From Eledone cirrhosa (lineage: Eukaryota): DNA of 64,000 nucleotides. This document shows, in pieces, positions 44,974 through 56,430 of this stretch. The notes under the pieces were generated by a model. The model saw only the letters and a program-made list of their open reading frames with translations, was not told where the DNA came from and ran no database searches. Made by a program: the position numbers and the translations under genes. Position 1 is the stretch's first letter, and the number at the start of each line of letters is the position of its first letter. The stretch covers positions 87,606,001 through 87,670,000 of the forward strand of contig OZ024742.1 in the NCBI GenBank assembly GCA_964016885.1, given 5' to 3'.

Positions 44974-45412
44974 ATTAATTTATTGTGCAGTTTTATTTCA
45001 TGTATAAGTGGAAAGAAATCTTGTAGTATTCTCCTAGTGTTAATGTGTATTATACTAAGTGAGTATTTGATTAGAGTCCAAAATAAGACATGTAAATAGA
45101 CATTGAGAGGAATCAACAGAAGACGGTGTCGAAAATCATAAGGTATCAAGCCCGATATGTCAAAAGGAAATTGGCATTCACGGAAGCACATATATGGAAC
45201 GGATTATACAGAAACCTAATGGTTTGTATTAAGTATATTTAATCAGATTGATTATGATGTGGGACAAAAGTGGTAAGAAAAGAAAGATGAATAAGACATA
45301 GAAATACGCATACATATTTAAGTTAATGGTTTTCGAGTCAATCAGCCGTGTATTCATAGATTCTGCGTTTGTTATTAGTTTTAAACACCATCATACATAC
45401 ATATGAAATAAT

Positions 45413-45597
45413 TGTTTCTACTTTAGGCACAAGGCCACCAAATACCCCTTGCATTACTGGTACTTTATTTTATCGACCCCGTAAGGATGAAAGGCAAAGT
45501 CAACCTCGGCGGGATTTGAACTCAGATCGTAAAGGGACGTAACTATGCTGGAAAGCATGGCGTCCGACCCTCTACCGATACTGCCAATCCACCAATC
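45413..45597 (-). mobile_element. tRNA-derived SINE (family A)
   Basis: Reverse complement of family A; 18-bp TSD ACATACATATGAAATAAT at 45395-45412 and 45598-45615. Confidence 0.95.
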
Positions 45598-48500
45598 ACA
45601 TACATATGAAATAATAAATTGTAATTATATGCACAATTATAAAGAATTAATTGTTAGGTGTTTATTACTGTATAAATCCAAAATTATACAGCTTCGTAGA
45701 TGTATATAACCACCACCCCTTGTTTCTGGTAAAATACACTGGTAAAATACACTGAATCCCATAATGTAAATAACAAGGAAAATAAATTAAATATTATGTG
45801 TAGTATTAATATATATATTTATTTATTTGAAATTATTCAATACTCTATAATTCATATTCCCAATAAATGAAGTAAGTTCAATTTCATTCGTTAATTCAAA
45901 TATGAAGATAACATAAGAAATATAATCAATACGATAGTGATATGGAGTTCAACAAAATATTGCTTTGTGAATGTTTTGTTAAAATTATCCGTAAAAGAAA
46001 ATATATTGAGTCAACGAACTGAACAATTACCGATAACGTACACATTGCAAATACCAAAACATTCTTGTATTGATCGCTGATTTTAAGTTACTACTAAAAT
46101 GACTAAGATGTTTTACTAGTTTCTTTTCAAATGTTATAAAGTTGCCTAGAAAGCTATAAAAATATATGTATGTTTAAAGTAATTTCATCTTCACTACAAA
46201 CACTCGTTTTATTTGAGACACAATATATCTAGGTACATGAAATAATGTACACGTCATGTTTATAATAAAACAAGGAAAACTGATTTTAGTGATTGTTGTA
46301 TTTTCGAAGCGAATATAGATGTTACATCAATATATAGATGTTACATCAATAGCTCAATGATGATAACATTGGGGATGGCGATGAGAATGTCGGTGATGAT
46401 GATGACAATGATTTAATGGAATCAATCGATAATAATATCGATTGCAATATTGTTGCTGGGGTAATGTTGATGCTTTTGCTGATGATGCGGATGAGGTGAA
46501 GTAGGGGGTAGATGGAAGAGAAGTTCATTGATGTGAAGGTGGAAACGGCCGTGACGTTTGTGGTGATGCTGGGTTGCTGTATGGCGACTCTTGTTGGGAT
46601 GTTGGCTTTTGATGATCATGATTATGATAATGATGATAATGATGATAGTGTGCTGATTGATGATGATATCAACAAAGATACAACTCTCAACACAGCAATA
46701 CAGATGACGATGATGCTCAAAAAGGAAATATTTTAATCACTGAAACAAAGAAATGGCAAACAAGAAAATAGTAATAGAAATAGTTTAAACGTTTTAAAAA
46801 CTTATTATTGATGGCTCTAATATATTTCTCATTCTATCTGAGATAATGTTGTCTCAAAATGTACACATACATTTACATACTATTTTGAAATTGGTAATCA
46901 TGATCAGTGAAGATGCAATTTTAATTTCATATTTTGCTTTGTATTACATAAAGTTATCTCTATTAGATAATGAGTGACATTATTGTCAAAAGTCCCCGAC
47001 TAAAAAATACAATTTGTTCAAATTACAGCAAATAACATGAAGTAAGAAAATATCAAATGAAAACTGTAATTAGATCAGGCATACATATCTATATAAATGA
47101 ACATGTGTACTAATGTGTACTAATATAGGCAAGAATGATAATTTTGCCAACAATTCTGATAATTCTTTCTCGTCTAATTATTTTCTTTAGAAACATTTTA
47201 ATGAAATGAGTGTATTAAAGTTTGCTTTATTTTCCTTATGATAGAAAAAGGGATATAATGAGAAAAAAATAATACGTAATGATATATCAGCCATTGTAAC
47301 ATGAACATATTGAACCTGAGATAGATATCGAAGAATGATTCATAGAAAATTCTTTACACAATGTGCAAAATGGATAGCATCAATAATGTTAATATATTAT
47401 TTAGGTGTGTGAACGAAACTATGCAGTTTTTTGTTATGAAATAAATGTTTGTAGTGCAGTGAGATGAAAGCGTGTGAATTTACAGACTGCTCAGGGGAAT
47501 TGAAGTCAAATGAAGTGAAATAATCGTAAATGGCTCTGAATACCAAGAAAACTACACGTAAACAGAGATATTAAATAAGTCCAAAAAATATATTGTATTT
47601 ACAATCTGACACATATGCTCTCTGTAAATTATATTTATTTCATCAACATTTGACTGAAAAGTATATTAAATTGTGAATTGTAGATGAAATTACGTGTGTG
47701 TGTGCAAATGTATGTATATACCTAAAGTCTAATACACGAGAGATGTGGATTCATGTTCTATTGAGGGAAATATAATTTAATAGCAATGACATGAGCTTTG
47801 GATAATATATCATCCAGATTAAAATCATAGAATTCCTACTTTCTGACAACACTAAATAGGATATACTACTACTACTACTATCACTATTATTACTACTACT
47901 ACTGCTGCTGCTGCTGCTGTTGTCTGATGCTGTCGTTGTTGCTGCAGATACTACTATTACAAAAACACTACCAACGCAAGCAACACTGGTACTAATTCAC
48001 TTAATAATTGATCTGAACTTAACTAATTCAATTAACGAAACACACATCATTATAAGTGTTAAAGACCCAAATGTTAATTAAATGATATAGTCAAATTGTG
48101 GTTGTTTTTTATGATGTTATCATTATATATCATAAAGTTATACCGTCATAAAGTTAACGATGAAACGATATCGTAATGTATGGTAAATACATTAAGAAAA
48201 TTATGTGGTTTGTTGTAATTGCAATGGAAAAGAGTGTTCATGATAAATATGTGAATTTATTAATGGATTCTTAATGACATTCTATCAAAATTTAGATATT
48301 AATTACTTAATGATGCCAATATGTTTCAAACAGCTTCTCAGACATATTTAAGTTAACATTACAACTAATATATAAACCATAGTATATGCATAGATGCACA
48401 TATATCTCATTATAAATGAGCTGCCAACAAGGAAATTTGACAAATATTTATGCTATCCCAAACATTCAAAATGAAATTATAATGAAATGATCGAGATAAG

Positions 48501-49609
48501 AAAAAACGTAATTGTTTTGGCATAATCAATGATTTCGTTTTTTTTTTTGTTTTTTTTTGTTAATATTATTGTTACCTATATATTATGTTCTATTTTAATG
48601 TTTCAGTGTCGTGTTCTGTGTCATAAATGTAATGATATTTTTAGTTGAGCATTTCGGTCTATGACCATCTCGATATTGAGGTCATCGAAGTCATCATTTC
48701 CTAAAGAGTGTTTTATTAGTTTAAGTCACATTGGTAAGAAAGAATATAGATTTTGGACTCGTTATATCTTAACAATTGATTACGTAGACGTGGTTTCGAT
48801 TTTTGGAATTGTATCTTTGATATATGATGATTTGAAGAAAGTTGAAGTATAGATGTCTGTCCTTTTTTTTACAAGTATTGCTTTTCCTGGGTAATTATTT
48901 ATGCTTTATAACTCTTTGATAATATATCTGATATTGATAGAATTATTGGTAGATGTCCTTTTTAGTTTAGAATGTTCATATAACAGACAACGGCGATGTA
49001 TTCGTATGCACTTATACTGATTTATGTTGACAATGTCAAGCATATAGCATGCAACGCATCCGCAAACAGACAGAAGATATTTGTCATCCGTACACATATG
49101 CACACGCAAAATTTGATATCTAGACACCCACATACACAAAAACACACACTAGTGTATGTAAATATACATACATGTATGTGCGTGTGTATGTAAGTGCGCG
49201 TATGTGTATATATACATATTAAACTTGGTGTATGAGATCAAACGTCGGGATTCTTCAAATATTACTCAATACTAAAGTAATAGTGGATGCCTGTATATTG
49301 ATGAAGTAAAATGAAAATAAATTAACACTGCTTGCTGATATAATGATCAAGCCCCATATACATAAGGTATATGAGAAGCCAAGAAAAATACGATTTGTAA
49401 TAAAAATATATATATATAATCGTATGTGATTTCGTTAAGATGTAAAACGCTTTATTGACAGTCGGGAGCCTTTACTCTATGTCACTGAAAGATTAATACA
49501 CAAACACACACTCACAAACACACACACACAAACACACCTACAAACACACACACATACACACAGACATGCACACATGCACACCGACACAGACACAGACACA
49601 CACACACAG

Positions 49610-49655
<46 letters not shown>

Positions 49656-49739
49656 AAAGTTATATTTAAATTGTTGGGTTACAACTAGTAAATATTTATA
49701 ACTGATATAAAAGCACTCAACAAGTATTTGGAGTATATT

Positions 49740-50080
49740 TACGATATTAAATAAATGGAAACTATATTTATAAAACCATATTTATTTCATTATATATATT
49801 TCAGGGATATCATATTAACAATATGTTATGCCTTCTTCAGACAAAATACAATATAGACAGTTTTATAGATAAATAGATTTGACATACCGTTCAACATCGA
49901 CTTGTATTTGAAATACAAGTCGATGTTGAACGGTATGTCAAATCTATTTATCTATAAAACTGTCTATATTGTATTTTGTCTGAAGAAGGCATAACATATT
50001 GTTAATATGATATCCCTGAAATATATATAATGAAATAAATATGGTTTTATAAATATAGTTTCCATTTATTTAATATCGTA
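49740..50080. repeat. Perfect 341-bp palindrome (170-bp arms, 1-nt loop at 49910)
   Basis: Reverse-complement symmetry around TATTT-G-AAATA with no mismatch seen; right end abuts (TA)n. Confidence 0.95.
49972..50037 (+). ncRNA. Type-I hammerhead ribozyme motif (mirror copy on minus strand at 49783-49848)
   Basis: UAUUUUGU-CUGAAGA-AGG[..CAUAUU-GUU-AAUAUG..]CCU-GAAA-UAUAU-AUA-AUGAAAUA: full core, stem II, palindromic stem III, AUA cleavage triplet, 8-bp stem I with 2 GU pairs. Confidence 0.7.
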
Positions 50081-50440
50081 TATATATATATATATGTATG
50101 CGTCTGTGTACTTATGCGTCTTTTCGTAAACGATTTTTATAAAAAAAATAGACACATAAACAAACTGATTCGAACGCTATAAGTAAAGTCGGATACAATC
50201 CCAGCATAAACAAAAGCAAATGGGAATTGTGATTTTTTGTTCAGAATTTTAGAAGTTTCAAACGCAGAAAGTACTGTGTTTAAACTTTTTTTTCCATTCT
50301 TATTCCTATGTCTCTATTAATCAACGCTTCGATAATATATCTCGTTTCCTTACATGACATACGTATCGACTCGCATACACGACTCGGAAACCACGACGGT
50401 TAGAGCATTCGAACAAAATCTAGAATTACACATTATGGAC

Positions 50441-50673
<233 letters not shown>

Positions 50674-50726
50674 TGTGTGTGTGTGTGTGCATATATGTGT
50701 GAGTATGTGTGTGTGTATATATAAAT

Positions 50727-51520
50727 ATTAGCTGAATTACCGTGCCTTGCTGCGTTTCACACATTGATTTTCTTTTTTAAATCAGTGATATGGTTTATAG
50801 AGAAAAACTCTGCATTTCAATATTACTCAATGTAAAATGTAAGCATTAGAAATTGGAAAATATTATTTTTTGTATTATATCAAATCAAAATTACATTATT
50901 AAATATTATTCTTATTTTGTTTCTTGTAAATAATTGTTTTCAAAATATCAATTCAAAACTTTTGTGAATGGGCATCATATCTTGTCATTTACCTAAGCTT
51001 TAAATCTCATATAAATCGAAGGGGAACAATTTTTAAGCGGGAATTTTCAGCAAGTGTTTTGTGCCCCCGGGGAACCCTTTGATTAAAATGAAATATAATT
51101 ACCCAAGGACCCGAGGTAATGTAGTTTCAGAATGTATATGGTTATGGCGGTCTATCCTAAAACCATAGGAGGAGTTCGTGAAATATTGTTCCATTTATTG
51201 GCCCATATTTTCACTATAGGCAGTTCAATCCCTATTAGGGTGTCTAAATATTATTGAAATGTGCTGAAAGTTTGTAAATAGGCATCATATCTTGACATTT
51301 ACATATGGTTAACACTTCATATAAATCGGGGAATCACTTTCAATGGGGGTTTTGTGCCCCCGGGTAATGATTTGATTAAAATGAAATATACTTATCCAAG
51401 TATTCTAGGCAATGTAGTTTCAGAATATATATGGTTTAGGGCGTCTATCTCCAAAAACATAGGAGGTGTTCGTGAACAAACAAACAAACAGACAGCACTA
51501 CAACCTTAATTATATATATA
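50727..51520 (+). mobile_element. Helentron-associated/DINE-1-like (HINE) non-autonomous element with internal tandem duplication
   Basis: Starts TAGCTGAATTACCGTGCCTTGC, ends (AAAC)n-AGACAG...TTATATATAT; two diverged internal units at ~50960-51182 and ~51271-51476. Confidence 0.55.
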
Positions 51521-52999
51521 AATGTGAGAAAACCACCAATCCTCCATCCCAATTCTACTTTAGAAAAGCACAATAACTGCGAAACCGGTAAAGGAACCAA
51601 ATAAATATATTTAAAAAAAAACACCTCTAGTTGCATTTACGATTTCATCTGTTTTCCTTATATATGTATATATATTAAACAGTTTCATAACAGTTTACAT
51701 ATAAGTATGTGCGATTTCTATGACAAATGATCTATGGTATATTTACGAATAATATCTGAAAAATGCTTACCTCTGAACGTCCGAAGTTAACGCCATCTAA
51801 CTAATACCAACTGAAGCAGAACATGGTAACTATCGACGATTGTTCCTGCTGTGTGGTCACTCTACACTCTATTGCAATTTAATACATGGAAAATATATGG
51901 TTTAAGCCAATGCGCAGGGGGTGAGAAGCCTCATTTGCAGGTGGAGCTGTCGCCCTGGTCGGTCGGAACATAGACTTAAAGTGTTCGCTCCGATATATCT
52001 ATAAACATGTACATATGGGATAGGTTTACGATTAAACATTGGAGAAATCCTTTCATCCATGCATATTGAAATTGGATATATATGTGTGTGTATAGAGAGA
52101 GAGAGAGAGAGATATATAAACATACATATACATATAAATATATATATATAACAACTATAACAAACCTTGACCTTGGAATTGATGGCAAAATCCAGTACAG
52201 GGTTTCTGCGACACCTAAATCAATAATGCTGTCTGCTTAAAACAATAAGCTTTTGGTCTAATGATCGAACGAGGAATATGACGTTATCAACAGGTGTTTT
52301 GTTCTGCGCCAGTGTTGTGGATGAAAAACATGTATGTATGTATGTATGTATGTATGTATGTGTGTGTGCATGTGTGTGTGTATATATATGTATATATATA
52401 TTTAGGGTCTGTGTTTGTGTAGGTGAGTGAGTTTCTTTTTCTAAAGTTCGTTGCGAGAATGCAGGTATTTGCAATTATAGCTGAATATATGGCGACAGGA
52501 ATCGCGAGCAGACAGCTAAGACAGCTAGCGCTTCCCATTTGGCCCCATTTCTGAAAAGCATGATTATATTATATATCTATTTCTACAGTGGCTGTTATAT
52601 GCCTGAATAGAAAATATATTATGGTTGCATATTCCGATCAACATTTTTACATACAGAAATGGATACACTGAGAGTAAGAGTGAGATAGAGATAGAGAGAC
52701 AAATAGAGAGATAGAGAGAGACGTATATATAGATATATATGTGTGTGTGTATATATATATACATACTCATGCTACATTTGAGATTCCTATATCATATCTG
52801 TCTGTCTCTCTATCTATCCATATATATATATAGAGAGAGAGAGAGAGGGGGAGAGAAAGAGAGAGAGAGAGAGAGTGACATAGAAAGAGGGACGGTATAG
52901 GAATCTCAAACATAGCATGTGTGTATATATATATATTTATATATATATATATATATAACTTCCAATTGTTTCGGTCAGTACCTGCCAATGCCATGTGTA

Positions 53000-54100
53000 C
53001 CTTAATAGCACAACACTGCGAAGTCTTTCAAATCATGATTTGCTAGGCAAAGACTACTTAGAAAGCTACTAATTGTTTACTGTGACATATCTGGGTGAAG
53101 GAAGTTTATCCGGGATTTATTGGAGGAACGTGTCCAAAGAACATTTGAACTTAATGGGAACTTTCTCTGTTTTTGTTTGTTTGGGTGTAATGTTAAAGGG
53201 AGTGGGACCAGTTAGAGTCAAATGTCTGTGTCGCAGTTTTATTATTACATGTAAAACGTAGTTTTGTTGTGAGCCGATACCCCGCAGTGCAAGCTATAGG
53301 TGAAATTTAAAGATGAAGTCAACCTCGTTAGGGCAATGTTGGAGGATTATTTTTTTCAGATTATGCACCGAAGTTGTGTTAAACGTGCCTTTGGTGAGAG
53401 TAGAGCTGTGCTTTTTAGCTGACTAATTATTTTTTTGTGATTGACGCCTGAGGTTTCAAAGTCCCTTCTAAAATTAATGCATATGGGATAAGCGTTTCAG
53501 CCCTGTCCTAAATCAATTAAAATATCATCAAAGTGATGCAGGAGTTGTGATAGGCAGTCCCAGCGGAAACTATGTCATTTGGAATTCAGCAAATTGTTCG
53601 CAACAGTGAATTATTAGCAATCTTACCACCATCTGAAATGCTTTAATGATATGAGAGGTGATTTGGAACTAACGGTAATTCGTTACAAGGTATTTGTTTC
53701 CCTTTTTGAAATCTGGGACAACAGACTGCGATATAAGCTTTTCCAGTATATAGGCAGCGTCCAGTCACTTTCCCCACAGATTTGTTTGAGAAAATACAAC
53801 TTTTTGTCGAGGTGCACACGCATGGAACCTATCAGCCCATACTGCTGAGTTTTGTTTAATTTCGTTTATTGTCGCCTAGAGATCAGTGGTGCCAAACTTT
53901 AGGTCAGATATTATGTGTTGTGATTAACATCACTGACACAGCCCAGACGAACCATATTAACATTGCTGAGAACAGGAGCACTATTGTTTCTGCAGTATCT
54001 CACCAATGGTTTTAGCATTGTCTTGGATAGTGACATTTTCATAAATCAGAAGGCGAACCGTAGACAGAGAGTTTGAGTTTTCTTTTGCAAATAGAATGCA
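53000..54100 (-). mobile_element. Degenerate CR1/L2-group LINE RT fragment
   Basis: Minus strand: 'VVPDFKKGNKYLVTNYR*FQITSHIIKAF' and 'NNLLNSK*HSFR..CLSQLLHHFDDIL'. Confidence 0.7.
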
Positions 54101-54479
54101 GATCTTGGGATTGAGATTGATTTCCACAATGAACCATTTCTGCTCATCTATTCCTTACCAATATATGATGATTGTCGTGCCTTGTTGGGGAATTTCTTTT
54201 TTTCGGCATGAATGATAATAATCGAATGTGTGTGTTGCTGTTGGCAACCTAAATCCCAACCACTCCTCAACGTGACAGAGCGGTGGCAACGGGTAGTGAC
54301 AGAGCTATGCCGTCGGGGACTTCGGTTCCTGGTAAGGCCACCCAAAGTGGATTGGTCTGGCACCCAGCAGCATAAGGATTTTGCACCACCGCTTTTATTT
54401 AAGTAATGATTACATGCGTATATATATATATATATTTATTCGTATAAATACATATGTATATATATATATATTGTTATAC

Positions 54480-56120
54480 TTTGGCTGCTCATATGTTCCT
54501 TAAGAGGAGGGATCAGCCATTGGCGTTAGCATTGTAGGTAACATAGCTAACCTATTTATGGTATGGTGGAACAAAAATTTAAAGAATAATTAGAAGACAA
54601 TCTCTCAATCCTGATTATGTACTCCCGCTATGTTGATGATATTAACATCGTAGTAAAAACACACCCACTAGAGAACAGTCATGAATTTAGAAAAACACCA
54701 TGGAAAGCATCAAGCAAATAGCTGACTCCATCCACCAGAGTATCAAAGTTACTATAGAAAACCCAAGAAAAAAACCCCAATCATCGATTACCTGTACTAG
54801 ACACAGAGCTCTGGTTAGAAACCATTAATAACAAAAACCAAACATCCATTTCCCATTATGCTAAACCAATGACTTCCAAGTACCTGATCCACCGAAGCTC
54901 AGCTGTTTAGGATCACACTATCATCAACAAACTGATTGCGCATTTAGTAAGGGTGATGAGGAACGAGTCCTGCATGTGCAACCCCAAAGAACTAGAGAGG
55001 CACATACAACACTTCATCCACCGTATGCAATTCTCTGGTTACAATCAGAGAGATAAAATCAGAGTTTATAGAGGAGCCAGAACCAAATGGGTAAACATGG
55101 TAAATAATGATACAAATGGGACCTGCCCAATGGATAGGATCACATTTTGGAATATAATAGAAAGAACTAGGAATAAGGTTAATAGAATAAACTCATGGTA
55201 TGATAGCAATATATACCAGAGTGTAATGTTCATCAATACAACCCCTAGATGTGAACTAGCTTACACTTTTAGAAGGGCCCTAGATAAACTTGAACTAAAT
55301 GTTAAGATAGTGGAAAGACCATGTACCTCCATAAAAAAACCACTTATTAGTAATACCTACCCTTTTCAAAGACCTCCCTGTATAGATAAGAAATGCATAA
55401 TCTGTGAACTAAGCCCTCATATTAATTGTAAAACTATAGCATACGATTTACTGAGGGACAATGTAAAGATAAGAATATAATGTACATAGGTGAGGCAGCT
55501 CGTAGCATAGGGGAACGATTAAATGAACACTGGCGAGAACTCCAAGATAGAAAAGACTCATCAATACTCCACCAATATGCTAAAATAGAACATAATGGCA
55601 AATTAGAGAACATAGAAATAAAAATAAAAATCTACACACAGAAAAGACGCAATGTTTAAACAAATCACGGAAAAGTGCAACCAAAATTAAATAGTAAAAC
55701 ATTAATGTAACAGCAACATCACAACTTACAATTAAGGGCAAAATGAAAACACACACACATGGAACAAACAACTAAATAGTAACATGTAAATAAGCCAATA
55801 AATAAACAAATAAAAACACGCATAGACAGCCGATGTAACGCATGCGCAAACTAAGCACACAACATACATACAAATAAGAAGGTGTAGGACAGAACAAACG
55901 AGAGGCACAAAACAAAGAAAATAATACAAGTCACTGAAGAGGTCACATAATGTGTGACGAAAGAACTTTGACAATATATGAACAACCATCCAGTTGTAGA
56001 ACCAACCAACCAACCGGAAATGTATAACACATTGAAATGAAAGCAACTGGCGCGTTTGTTATTGGCAACATGACCCTCCCACACGTTTTCACGTAAAGAT
56101 TGTTGCTAAACAAGTTCAGA

Positions 56121-56125
<5 letters not shown>
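54480..56125 (+). mobile_element. 5'-truncated Penelope-like element (RT C-terminal half, GIY-YIG endonuclease, 3' UTR with hammerhead motif)
   Basis: 'GSAIGVSIVGNIANLFMVWW', 'YSRYVDDINI', 'LPVLDTELW', 'HYAKPMTSKYLIHRSSA', 'C..KKCIIC', 'YIGEAARSIGERLNEH'; flanked by (TA)n on both sides. Confidence 0.88.
55930..55972 (+). ncRNA. Minimal hammerhead ribozyme-like motif in the PLE 3' UTR
   Basis: GUCA-CUGAAGA-G-GUCACA(UAAUG)UGUGAC-GAAAG-AA-CUU-UGAC: stem I GUCA/UGAC, 6-bp stem II, very short stem III. Confidence 0.6.
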
Positions 56126-56166
<41 letters not shown>

Positions 56167-56171
<5 letters not shown>

Positions 56172-56341
56172 AACAAATAAGACCCCGACGGCTGAGCTCA
56201 AGCCGTTTCGACGGCTAATTCTGTCAGAATTAGCCGTCGAAACGGCTTGAGCTCAGCCGTCGGGGTCTTATTTGTTCCTATTACCCACTCTACTACCCTA
56301 AGTATTGAGTACTTTGGTGCGTTATGGTCCACCTGGTTCCT

Positions 56342-56345
<4 letters not shown>
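56167..56345. repeat. Family B copy with a perfect 115-bp palindrome (56167-56281, centre 56224)
   Basis: ATAGGAACAAATAAGACCCCGACGG...AATTCTG-T-CAGAATT...CCGTCGGGGTCTTATTTGTTCCTAT; (TA)n on both sides. Confidence 0.95.
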
Positions 56346-56389
<44 letters not shown>

Positions 56390-56398
56390 GTGTGCGTG

Positions 56399-56430
<32 letters not shown>

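Noticed and set aside
46340-46740. Asp-rich ORF 46512-46736
   Set aside because: Decayed (GAT)n low-complexity sequence
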